From a virus (lineage: Duplodnaviria; Heunggongvirae; Uroviricota; Caudoviricetes), in the IMG/VR virus record IMGVR_UViG_3300033993_001993: a DNA stretch of 44,909 nt. One strand, 5' to 3'. Below the pieces are notes generated by a model that was given only the letters and a program-made list of their open reading frames with translations, was not told the DNA's origin and did no database searches. Every line of letters begins with the position of its first letter. The stretch's first letter is position 1. Below, one piece after another: positions 26,178 to 34,104 of this stretch. The translations under genes were made by a program, and so were the position numbers.

Positions 26178-26890
26178 AAGGGGGACTTTTGTTAATAAAT
26201 ATATGTTAAAAAACTTGATTTTGTCAAAATGTCAGTCACGTTCGCTTCACCACACAATCCCCTCACGGGGTTTTGATCTATTACTTCCCCATTTCATTAC
26301 CACTTTCTACCACCATAATCCTTGCTGGTTGTATGACCAGCCATAAAAAATCCCCTCTGTAGGGGTCAAGAAGACCATTTTTTTTACTATATATAAATTC
26401 CAGCAAAAAATATAGTGTTAGAGTACAATGAGCGGGGACAGTCCTTTAGGACGTTAGAGTAGGACATAATGTCATATTATAATCATTCTTCAACGACCCG
26501 TAAGGGATCCATTCAACATCTGACCCCCTAATAATAGACATACTAAACATACAAGTAAAGTGGTGGTAATAAGTGGGTATCTTTTATATCACTATAGTCA
26601 GGTTTAACCTGACCTGAATGATATACTTAATAACCCTTTCATCTACATACTAAAATATACTTTCATATATTCCTTCATCTGTTCACTAATTCTTTATGTT
26701 CAGTGTAACTGAACATTCCTTTAAAATGAACACCACAATGAATACCTCATCGTATAACAAAATTGTATACCATAATGTCTGTCTTTCATTGGGGGTCTTT
26801 TATAAGTGGGGGGATTAATAACTGAAAATACTTTTTACAAATATACATTAATTTGTAAATTATATTTTACCTTATGGACCTATAATAACG

Positions 26891-26976
26891 GTAAGAGTGT
26901 AGGATAAATTTATGAGGTGAATTCCGTAGTGATAACGGAGGACTATGAACCGAATGAATTGATCGTATACTCTTAC
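26891..26976. repeat. ~85-bp element with terminal inverted repeats, copy 1
   Basis: GTAAGAGTGT...ATACTCTTAC ends; internal TCCGT-AGTGATA-ACGGA hairpin; similar to 27988-28072. Confidence 0.75.
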
Positions 26977-27719
26977 TTTTTGTACTTAATGTTTCGTTCT
27001 TTAAGTTGATTAATTAAAGAAGTTGGCGTGTTTTTATCTATTAAAACTCCACCATCAACTTTCTCTAAAGAACCAATATCTGATATCCCACTATTTCTAA
27101 TTCTAAGTCTACCTTTTATGTGTTTTACATTACCTAAAGATTTGAGTAACTTGTTTTTTACAATTAAATCTCCTCCGACATATTCTAACTCACCTAAATC
27201 ATGCACTACCCCTCTAATGTCTAACTTACCACCAACTATCTTTAAATTTCCCAAACTTTCCACGCAAGCTGTTTCATAGATTACTAAATTGCCCAATACA
27301 TTTTTTAAAGTGTCCCAAATAATAATTGTAGAATCGTGTCCCACAATAAAATCCCCGTTGTGAATTTCTAAACCTCCGAAATTAGTTAAAACTAAATCGT
27401 AAATACCAAAATTACCTGATGTAGATTGCATATTGGAAAGGTTAGTAATGTTTGTGTGGAAACATTGACCTGAGTCCCAAATAATTTTATTTATACTAGT
27501 CCAATCACCAAAATTAAAATCATTTGTTACTGTTTGTTTAACTCCGTCATAAAAAATATAATCGGGATGTCCGTTATCAGTCGCACCATAAAGATTTAAA
27601 ATTGATTCATATCCAAGAATTTTTGATACGTTTTTTAAAGACCCAAAAAAATCAACTACTTCAGAGACTGTGAGGTCTTTAATAAAATTCTTAATTGATA
27701 TCTTTTTTTCAATGTCCAT
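26973..27719 (-). CDS. Protein with leucine-rich L.SLG.L..VGG.L.I solenoid repeats
   Basis: Repeats LKNVLGNLVI / LKIVGGKLDI / LEYVGGDLIV / VKHIKGRLRI / LEKVDGGVLI; TATATTTG at 27724-27731. Confidence 0.8.
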   Translation of the reverse strand: MDIEKKISIKNFIKDLTVSEVVDFFGSLKNVSKILGYESILNLYGATDNGHPDYIFYDGVKQTVTNDFNFGDWTSINKIIWDSGQCFHTNITNLSNMQSTSGNFGIYDLVLTNFGGLEIHNGDFIVGHDSTIIIWDTLKNVLGNLVIYETACVESLGNLKIVGGKLDIRGVVHDLGELEYVGGDLIVKNKLLKSLGNVKHIKGRLRIRNSGISDIGSLEKVDGGVLIDKNTPTSLINQLKERNIKYKK

Positions 27720-27771
27720 AAAACAAATATACAAAAAATCCCCCACTTCACAATGGAGGATCTAAGTTTTT

Positions 27772-27954
27772 TTACTTACCTTGATTAACTAAATTGTAGT
27801 AATCATACAGATGTCGAATATCCCCATCCCCAACTAAATACTCCTGTAATTTACAGAAAGATTCTTTAACCTCCGACGGAGTTTCGTCTGTAGGTTGATC
27901 GTTGTTCTCATAGTGTTCGAGAACCTCATCTAAAAGTGATTTTGTATTTTCCAT
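27772..27954 (-). CDS. Small acidic protein (60 aa)
   Basis: TATATTTG at 27959-27966. Confidence 0.7.
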   Translation of the reverse strand: MENTKSLLDEVLEHYENNDQPTDETPSEVKESFCKLQEYLVGDGDIRHLYDYYNLVNQGK

Positions 27955-27987
27955 AATACAAATATATAAAAGATTCCCATTCTACAA

Positions 27988-28072
27988 AAGAGTATAGGAT
28001 AAAATTATGAATGAAGTCCGTAGTGAGTTTACGAACGGGAGGATGTAATGAATAGTTTAATCGTATACTCTT
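27988..28072. repeat. ~85-bp element with terminal inverted repeats, copy 2
   Basis: AAGAGTATA...TATACTCTT perfect 9-bp IR; shares TAGGATAAA.TTATGA, TCCGTAGTGA, GGAGGA and ATCGTATACTCTTA with copy 1. Confidence 0.75.
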
Positions 28073-28108
28073 ATTGTGTCATACATATATTATTATTATC
28101 TTTGTACT

Positions 28109-28588
28109 ATGGAAAAACCGTTTACTATATATCTTGACATTGATGGTGTACTTGTTAGTTACCTTAAACTAAAGGACCGTGATCCTGATGGTAAACATTC
28201 TTTCATCCCTAAATCTGTTGAAGTCCTTAATAGTATCATCACAATGTTTGATGCTCATATATGTATTGTATCTACTTGGGGTCGCTCTTATTGGAACGGA
28301 TCTAATGATGGTGAGGAGTTTAAGGATTTCTTGATTAGTAGAGGTATCATTGTGAATGGTCTTACCTTTGGTGATCCCGATGATCGTGCTGGGTTTGTTA
28401 TTAAACGTAAATCTGAGGGTTACACGAAGTTTCTTATTATTGATGACGAATCTCTTGAATATTATGAGAACGTGTCTGAGATCGGATATAATCGTATCTT
28501 ATTTGTTAACTCTTGGAGATGCTTGGATGACTATGATTTGGTTGGGGTTGCTAGAAACTATGAGAGATTGATCTCCGATGAGTATTAA
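28109..28588 (+). CDS. HAD-superfamily phosphatase (Swiss-Army-Knife RNA-repair-like HAD type)
   Basis: IYLDIDGVL (motif I), IVSTW (II), FLIIDD (IV); TATCTTTG at 28097-28104. Confidence 0.8.
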   Translation: MEKPFTIYLDIDGVLVSYLKLKDRDPDGKHSFIPKSVEVLNSIITMFDAHICIVSTWGRSYWNGSNDGEEFKDFLISRGIIVNGLTFGDPDDRAGFVIKRKSEGYTKFLIIDDESLEYYENVSEIGYNRILFVNSWRCLDDYDLVGVARNYERLISDEY

Positions 28589-29040
28589 TTAATCATCCCT
28601 ATATAATCATCCTTTGAGAAATGATTTACCCAATCATTAACTATAATACCGTACTTATTTTTAAACCATTTGTCTAAAAAATCTCTTGTCTTCATATTTG
28701 TATCCGTTTCTAAAAAAACCTTTAATGGTCTAAAAATTAAATCATAATTAACGTAAATCGTATTTTCATTCCATATAGTTCTTATAACAAATACGTTTTC
28801 CCCATTCTCATTTTTATATAACCTCATTAGTGGTTCTTGTTCGCTTACAACTCCTTTTAGATCTAAAAACAACTTCATAAAACCTAACGCGTTATGTATG
28901 TCAGTAACTTTTTTAAGATTATCATCACCACCTACATATGGCGAAACATTAAACCAACCATCATTCTTGATGTTGTGAATTAATTTGGTCTTTAACGTCT
29001 CTTCCTTTAGTACTCTTCTTATGTGTTCCTGTAGGTTCAT
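28585..29040 (-). CDS. Leader-bearing protein (MNLQEHIRRVLKEE)
   Basis: Carries the G...YVGG..NL module. Confidence 0.88.
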   Translation of the reverse strand: MNLQEHIRRVLKEETLKTKLIHNIKNDGWFNVSPYVGGDDNLKKVTDIHNALGFMKLFLDLKGVVSEQEPLMRLYKNENGENVFVIRTIWNENTIYVNYDLIFRPLKVFLETDTNMKTRDFLDKWFKNKYGIIVNDWVNHFSKDDYIGMIN

Positions 29041-29399
29041 ATTATATAATTATCAACTTCTTCACCTTTCATTTTTATTGAATCAATAACTTGTTGGTAT
29101 TTTTCTTCACTCCATTCATTTTGTCTATCTTGAACATATGGTATGCAATCACTAAAAGGTCTTTCTATTGCTTTTAATCTCCACGGATTTAATTCTAATT
29201 CTTCAGGTGTTAAATTCTTTAATGTAATAACACTACAATCCCCTTCCCAATTTGGTTTTGCAATTCCTCCTTGTCCATCACCTGGTTCTGTAACGAATAT
29301 AATTTCATCATCCACAAGTTTTTGTATGTCAAAAGTTAAACGAGAATTATCCATTCCCATCATTTCTCTAATTCTTTGTATGTTTTCTTGTAGGTTCAT
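29037..29399 (-). CDS. Leader-bearing protein (MNLQENIQRIREMM)
   Basis: Start moved to 29399; TATTTAT at 29404-29410. Confidence 0.85.
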   Translation of the reverse strand: MNLQENIQRIREMMGMDNSRLTFDIQKLVDDEIIFVTEPGDGQGGIAKPNWEGDCSVITLKNLTPEELELNPWRLKAIERPFSDCIPYVQDRQNEWSEEKYQQVIDSIKMKGEEVDNYII

Positions 29400-29421
29400 A
29401 TTAATAAATATACCCGTAAAC

Positions 29422-29457
29422 AAAAAATCCCCCCATTGTTATATGAGGGAATCTTTT
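29422..29457 (-). terminator. Terminator closing the tRNA-shell/ORF operon
   Basis: AAAAAATCCCCCC...GAGGGAATCTTTT. Confidence 0.6.
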
Positions 29458-29822
29458 AATATTTTATGAATGATGTTATTACCGTAAGAATATGGTGCCT
29501 TATATCTGTACCAACTTCTTAGGTTGGCTTCGGCACTGTCTGCTGGATGGTTACGATAAGATTCAGAATACTTGGACCAAAAACGGTCAAACTCCCATAG
29601 TTTAACATCTTTATATAGTGTTTCAGGTTTTCTAAACCATCTCTTTTTGGTGTACTTTAATGTTTCTATATATTGTAACAATAGTTGTTCAGCTTCACAT
29701 TTTTGTAAGTATGCCCACTCTAATGAATTATTATGGTTAGGATCCTTTCTTTGTTCCTGTAATCTTTCATACTCCGAATTAATATATTCCTTGAGTTTGT
29801 CTTTAAATTCTAATCCATTCAT
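29439..29822 (-). CDS. Hypothetical protein (127 aa) downstream of tRNA-shell 1
   Basis: ATG 15 nt after the shell 3' end. Confidence 0.8.
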   Translation of the reverse strand: MNGLEFKDKLKEYINSEYERLQEQRKDPNHNNSLEWAYLQKCEAEQLLLQYIETLKYTKKRWFRKPETLYKDVKLWEFDRFWSKYSESYRNHPADSAEANLRSWYRYKAPYSYGNNIIHKILKDSLI

Positions 29823-29837
29823 ATGTTTTTATTATTT

Positions 29838-29940
29838 GTAGTCAGGACAGGATTCGAACCTGTAATGTATTCGATACATTTTATGTTTCACCAAATCTAC
29901 ACCTGAGTGAGATACGTCTACCAATTCCGCCACCTGACTA
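29838..29940 (-). ncRNA. tRNA-shell element 1 (52-nt insert)
   Basis: AGTCAGG-TG-GCGGAATTGGTAGAC-[52 nt]-ACAGG-TTCGAAT-CCTGT-CCTGACT-A. Confidence 0.8.
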
Positions 29941-29948
29941 TGTTAATG

Positions 29949-30206
29949 TTAATTGACAGGATATAAAATCAAAGTTCTTGGTTTTGACTTTATTTCTTGC
30001 CATTGTTTATCTGACATATCAGCTTCATCTGAAGTCCATCCCATTGAATAAACATCTCCTGACCACGTATTATAAGGAATATAAACAGCATCTGAGTCAA
30101 CACCTTTAAGTGGACTATACCCGTTACCTTCACTATCTTTTTGTAAAACCACTTCCATTTCATCAGGAAGATTTGAGATTGATTCTTTTAATTGTTTAAT
30201 ATTCAT
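29949..30206 (-). CDS. Hypothetical protein (85 aa) between shells 2 and 1
   Basis: LPDEMEVVLQKDSEGNGYSPL; ATG 17 nt after the shell. Confidence 0.8.
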   Translation of the reverse strand: MNIKQLKESISNLPDEMEVVLQKDSEGNGYSPLKGVDSDAVYIPYNTWSGDVYSMGWTSDEADMSDKQWQEIKSKPRTLILYPVN

Positions 30207-30223
30207 AACATTTATTTTTAATT

Positions 30224-30347
30224 GTAGTCAGGACAGGAATCGAACCTGTAGCTAAGAGACAAGCAGTTAGCCCCTTTCAGGGTTAGGGATTATGTCTATT
30301 CCCACATTTAACACACCACTGCGTACACCACTTCCGCCACCTGACTA
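30224..30347 (-). ncRNA. tRNA-shell element 2 (73-nt insert)
   Basis: Same acceptor and T arm; GCAGT...ACTGC closes two internal hairpins. Confidence 0.8.
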
Positions 30348-30414
30348 TTTGCTGTCTTTCCAGCTGTCAACCACTTCCATAGCCGTAAACGGACGTATGT
30401 ATTTTCAGGATTTC

Positions 30415-30513
30415 GTAGTCAGGACAGGATTCGAACCTGTATGAGCTGCCACTTCCGTTCCTAGGTTTCTTGTAGTCTCAAATATCAGCGTCTACCATTC
30501 CGCCACCTGACTA
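30415..30513 (-). ncRNA. tRNA-shell element 3 (49-nt insert)
   Basis: Same conserved flanks. Confidence 0.8.
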
Positions 30514-30516
30514 TGA

Positions 30517-30750
30517 TTAATTATCTAAATTATCTTTGATGACTTCAACGGTATCTCTAAAGTCTTCACTTACCATTACACCCCAACTCATCCCGATTGG
30601 GTGTGTGTCAATTCCAATATCTCTTAGATTATTTGCAACCCAAGCCATTCTCTCACCTCTAGGTCTTTTACAAAAAACAGGGTCATTAGTTGTCGCTAAA
30701 ACCATCTCAAACATTAGATTGATCAATTTTTGTTTTTCCTCTTGTTCCAT
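30517..30750 (-). CDS. Hypothetical protein (77 aa) between shells 4 and 3
   Basis: ATG 14 nt after shell 4; stop 3 nt before shell 3. Confidence 0.75.
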   Translation of the reverse strand: MEQEEKQKLINLMFEMVLATTNDPVFCKRPRGERMAWVANNLRDIGIDTHPIGMSWGVMVSEDFRDTVEVIKDNLDN

Positions 30751-30764
30751 ATCTTTAATTTTTT

Positions 30765-30803
30765 GTAGTCAGGACTGAGTCTACCAATTCCACCACCTGA
30801 CTA
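30765..30803 (-). repeat. Empty tRNA-shell element 4 (39 nt)
   Basis: + strand GTAGTCAGGAC-TGA-GTCTACCAATTCCACCACCTGACTA; T arm and insert absent. Confidence 0.8.
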
Positions 30804-30811
30804 TTTGTTAG

Positions 30812-30928
30812 TTAACAATAAATTCCAATACACCAACCGAGTATCACACCACATATTAACATATGAATCATTGCATTTCTATGTTTTATCCACAGTCTAT
30901 CCCATTCTTTTTCTTCATCAAAGTCCAT
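30812..30928 (-). CDS. Small membrane peptide (38 aa) between shells 5 and 4
   Basis: Manual: MDFDEEKEWDRLWIKHRNAMIHMLICGVILGWCIGIYC*. Confidence 0.6.
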   Translation of the reverse strand: MDFDEEKEWDRLWIKHRNAMIHMLICGVILGWCIGIYC

Positions 30929-30949
30929 ATCTATTTGTTTTAATTTTTT

Positions 30950-31096
30950 GTAGTCAGGACAGGATTCGAACCTGTAAATCGTTAGTAATCATTCTGCACA
31001 TTATACTATTAAATCCATATCCCCTACACCTATTGCAGTAGCAAGGCTGTCTTTTGGATTTACTTGGTTAGCGTCTACCATTCCGCCACCTGACTA
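30950..31096 (-). ncRNA. tRNA-shell element 5 (97-nt insert)
   Basis: Same flanks; the insert contains a TAAATCCA...TGGATTTA stem. Confidence 0.8.
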
Positions 31097-31104
31097 ATAT
31101 TTTT

Positions 31105-31136
31105 CAAATATAATACATTATTTTTTTATTTCCAAA
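31105..31136 (-). promoter_or_regulatory. Full Bacteroidota-type promoter for the tRNA-shell operon
   Basis: TTTG (31133-31136), 20-nt spacer, TATATTTG (31105-31112), ending 9 nt before shell 5. Confidence 0.75.
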
Positions 31137-31165
31137 ACCAATTATAGGTTATGCAATCGGAATCA

Positions 31166-31327
31166 TCAATCTAATGTTACCCAGTAAGCCACTATTATCG
31201 ACACCACAAATAAAGCAACACCTAACGAACTAGTTAATGATCCACCTAACACTCCCATTGCCAACCCCGAAAACATCACCACCAATATTGTTAATGCTAT
31301 TAGATCTTCTTTTAATTCCTTTTTCAT
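31166..31327 (-). CDS. Small two-TM protein (53 aa)
   Basis: Manual: MKKELKEDLIALTILVVMFSGLAMGVLGGSLTSSLGVALFVVSIIVAYWVTLD*. Confidence 0.6.
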   Translation of the reverse strand: MKKELKEDLIALTILVVMFSGLAMGVLGGSLTSSLGVALFVVSIIVAYWVTLD

Positions 31328-31329
31328 TT

Positions 31330-31584
31330 TTAAATTTTTACTTTACACTTCATTAAAAATACATATGGGAACATATATGACATCTCACCATTTAATATAT
31401 CAATTACTCTTTTCCTATTTATCATTTTTTGATACAGGTATTTTTCATCCATCGTTTTAACGTATATTGTTAATACCACAATCCCCATTGGTTCCATTAA
31501 ACTCGTAGCCATCTTTACCTCATCGTAAGGTAATGAGTTTATTAACTCAAAGTATCTCAACATTATGTTCTCTAACTTATTCAT
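31330..31584 (-). CDS. Hypothetical protein (84 aa)
   Basis: ATGA overlap with the upstream ORF. Confidence 0.7.
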   Translation of the reverse strand: MNKLENIMLRYFELINSLPYDEVKMATSLMEPMGIVVLTIYVKTMDEKYLYQKMINRKRVIDILNGEMSYMFPYVFLMKCKVKI

Positions 31585-31982
31585 AATGGATCATATGTTA
31601 CGAATGTAGATATGTCGTTTATATTACAAGGATCTACTCTCATATTAATGTAGTCACCGATGTTTAGTGGTTGAATGTCGTCCATATCAACATACCCTGT
31701 TATTCTAATGTCATCGGGATAGGTTAATTTTACATTTATCTCCTGACCAACCACTTTGTGATCTACAACAAATAAATTTTTAGGTAAATAACCACTTAAC
31801 ATTCTTCTAACTATATCTCTACGTGACATAGCTAACATATCCACAAGAAGATATGCAGGGAAAGTTTTATCTGAAATATCTATTATGATCGTAACAACAT
31901 ACGCCCCATCTTTGAAGTTTATCTCATAGTTATCCACATTTCCCTCCACTAATGAGTCAATATATTTCGTCAGATCTTTCAT
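31581..31982 (-). CDS. Hypothetical protein (133 aa)
   Basis: Track ORF. Confidence 0.75.
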   Translation of the reverse strand: MKDLTKYIDSLVEGNVDNYEINFKDGAYVVTIIIDISDKTFPAYLLVDMLAMSRRDIVRRMLSGYLPKNLFVVDHKVVGQEINVKLTYPDDIRITGYVDMDDIQPLNIGDYINMRVDPCNINDISTFVTYDPL

Positions 31983-32055
31983 TACCGCTAATATATAAAA
32001 AATCCCCCATCTTTACAAGTGGAGGATTAAATTATTTATTTTATGTAATGTTATT

Positions 32056-32667
32056 TTACTTATAGAATATCTTTGTCTTGATTGATTCTAAACCTGTACC
32101 TTTCGCCTGTGTCCATTCAGGGTATTTAGTTTGGAACTCACCTGCAGTTCCGATGAAATAATAATCCTCACCATTTTTACAATACTTGAAAGATCTACCT
32201 GTCTGTAATTGACTTGTTTTATCTGTGTCACATATATGGTTTGATTTGGTTTCGGTGTTCGTTGGCGCAACCTTTGTTTTACATAATGGAGCTAAAGCTT
32301 TTGTTAGACCGCCGTATTGTTGGAAATACTTATCTTTAGATGCGTTTACCGTAAATTTACCCTCGGCGCAGTTGTAAGTAACTTTACCCGCGTACTCAAA
32401 TTTTAACGCATCTTTTGGTCCATAACCTAGTTTAACCCCAGTTCTACTATCAACAAATTGATACTTAGTGTTAGCGACTAACACATCACCGTTTTTAACA
32501 AACTTAGTTCCTTTAAAAATCTTTAACTCAGGTTTAGCCTCACTAGTTGCATTTTCAAAAGTTGCGTCATTTTTGACCGTATAACCCATTTCTTCTTGTT
32601 CTGAGATCAATGGTTTGGCATCGCCCATTGTTGATTCTAATAATTGTTTAAATCTATTTAATTCCAT
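32056..32667 (-). CDS. Leader-bearing protein (MELNRFKQLLESTMGDAKPLISEQ)
   Basis: TATTTAT at 32686-32692. Confidence 0.85.
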   Translation of the reverse strand: MELNRFKQLLESTMGDAKPLISEQEEMGYTVKNDATFENATSEAKPELKIFKGTKFVKNGDVLVANTKYQFVDSRTGVKLGYGPKDALKFEYAGKVTYNCAEGKFTVNASKDKYFQQYGGLTKALAPLCKTKVAPTNTETKSNHICDTDKTSQLQTGRSFKYCKNGEDYYFIGTAGEFQTKYPEWTQAKGTGLESIKTKIFYK

Positions 32668-32738
32668 AGTTGTCTACTTTAATTAATAAATATATGGAAT
32701 AACGAAAACATCTATTATTTTGTGATTTTTATTGTGAA

Positions 32739-33194
32739 TTATATGAATAATATTCTAGTTGCGTGACTATGATACTTTTCGTTTATTAAATCCAATAGAG
32801 GTGATTCCCAATTTTTAACCGATCCGAAGTAATCCTCAATTTCGCTAGCCAATTCTTCATATAAAATTATTGTATTGAAGTTTGGGTTTCTAAGGTCGGG
32901 TGTGTCATAACATACTTCAGGTAAGTCATCAATAAATTCTTCAGGGTAATCCCCATACACATCCCATTTATCTCCATCAACCAACTTGAAGGTGTAATCG
33001 TTATACTCACTTGTTTGTTTTACAAATCCTATTGCATATGGGTCACAACATACTCCCATACCACAATCATATTCTGCCCAATCATAATATAAGTCGTCTA
33101 ATCCATCAACCGCCATATCAATTAGATTTCTTAACGCAGGTTTAATGTTTGTCTCTTCCCTTAATACTTTCTTTATTTGTTCCTTAAGATTCAT
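32739..33194 (-). CDS. Leader-bearing acidic protein (MNLKEQIKKVLREE)
   Basis: TATTTAT at 33200-33206. Confidence 0.88.
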   Translation of the reverse strand: MNLKEQIKKVLREETNIKPALRNLIDMAVDGLDDLYYDWAEYDCGMGVCCDPYAIGFVKQTSEYNDYTFKLVDGDKWDVYGDYPEEFIDDLPEVCYDTPDLRNPNFNTIILYEELASEIEDYFGSVKNWESPLLDLINEKYHSHATRILFI

Positions 33195-33247
33195 ATCTAA
33201 TAAATATACTAAAATAAAAATCCCCCACCATTGTGAAGGATTTTTAT

Positions 33248-33357
33248 GTAGTCAGGACAGGATTCGAACCTGTATTTATACCACCATATAACTTACTTTT
33301 CGGGCGAGCCTGCAGAACTCTCATTATATGTACGTTACCAATTCCGCCACCTGACTA
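33248..33357 (-). ncRNA. tRNA-shell element 6 (60-nt insert)
   Basis: Same flanks; CATATAA...TTATATG stem; followed directly by terminator 33216-33245. Confidence 0.8.
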
Positions 33358-33375
33358 ATTATTGTTTTCATTAAA

Positions 33376-33981
33376 TTATAATTCTCTTAGTGATTCCTTC
33401 GTTTCCTTAACTTTAAATTGAGTTACCTGATTGGTACCACTATTACCTCGTTTACCAGTTAAGAACTTAAGTAAACCACTATTGTAGAACTTATTTGGAG
33501 TGTCAAAGGTTTCTCCGTTGAAGTGTAATATTCCTTTTGAATCTAATAGTACGTCGTAGTCGATTCCTTTGTATGTTCGGATCAACATCGTATCTTTACC
33601 AAATGAGTCGGCGATCTTCACTAATCTTTCATCACCACTTAATGAGATTTGTTCTTCTTTGAGTTGTTTCATATCCATAGTGGTAGCCCCATAGATATTC
33701 ATAAAGTTGATGAACTCACCTGTTAATGTGTCCTCATCATCTTTAAACCACTCCCCAACCAATCTTCGACTATCGAGGATGGCGTGTAATAGTTTTTCCA
33801 CCTTATCCATATCGTCTACCATATACGCAGAGATAATCTTATATCCTATTGGAGATTTTGTTCTGTTAAGTTGATACTCTCTTTGAGTTAAAGAGATTGT
33901 TTTCCCGATCTTCTTGTCGGTTGTGTCGAGTTCTCTTCCGAGAACATCATAGTATTCACCCAAATAGATATATCCTTCCAT
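33376..33981 (-). CDS. T5orf172/GIY-YIG-like nuclease domain plus possible RAMA-like C-terminal domain
   Basis: GYIY...KIGKT...REYQL...EKLLH...RLVGEWF; C-terminal YKG...GILHFNGETFDTPNKF; TATATTTG at 33986-33993. Confidence 0.72.
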   Translation of the reverse strand: MEGYIYLGEYYDVLGRELDTTDKKIGKTISLTQREYQLNRTKSPIGYKIISAYMVDDMDKVEKLLHAILDSRRLVGEWFKDDEDTLTGEFINFMNIYGATTMDMKQLKEEQISLSGDERLVKIADSFGKDTMLIRTYKGIDYDVLLDSKGILHFNGETFDTPNKFYNSGLLKFLTGKRGNSGTNQVTQFKVKETKESLREL

Positions 33982-34104
33982 ATGGCAAATATAGTAGAAA
34001 TTATTTATAATTCACCATATCCTCTTACAATATTAACTTTCTTTTTAAATAACTTTTCAAATACTTTACCCATCATTTCACTATCAATATGTAATAATAT
34101 ATTA

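Noticed and set aside
29864-29915. Selenocysteine or suppressor tRNA (TCA triplet in the shell 1 insert)
   Set aside because: TCA is not centred in a 7-nt loop on a 5-6 bp stem, and no Sec-type long acceptor stem is present.
30348-30414. 67-nt spacer between shells 3 and 2 with a GCTG-GAAAGA-CAGC hairpin
   Set aside because: A single short hairpin with no second copy; too little to call, but worth including in covariance searches.
29838-33357. CRISPR array interpretation of the repeats
   Set aside because: Units are inverted-repeat tRNA bodies enclosing the variable part and are separated by whole ORFs; no short direct repeats with uniform spacers and no cas genes in the window.
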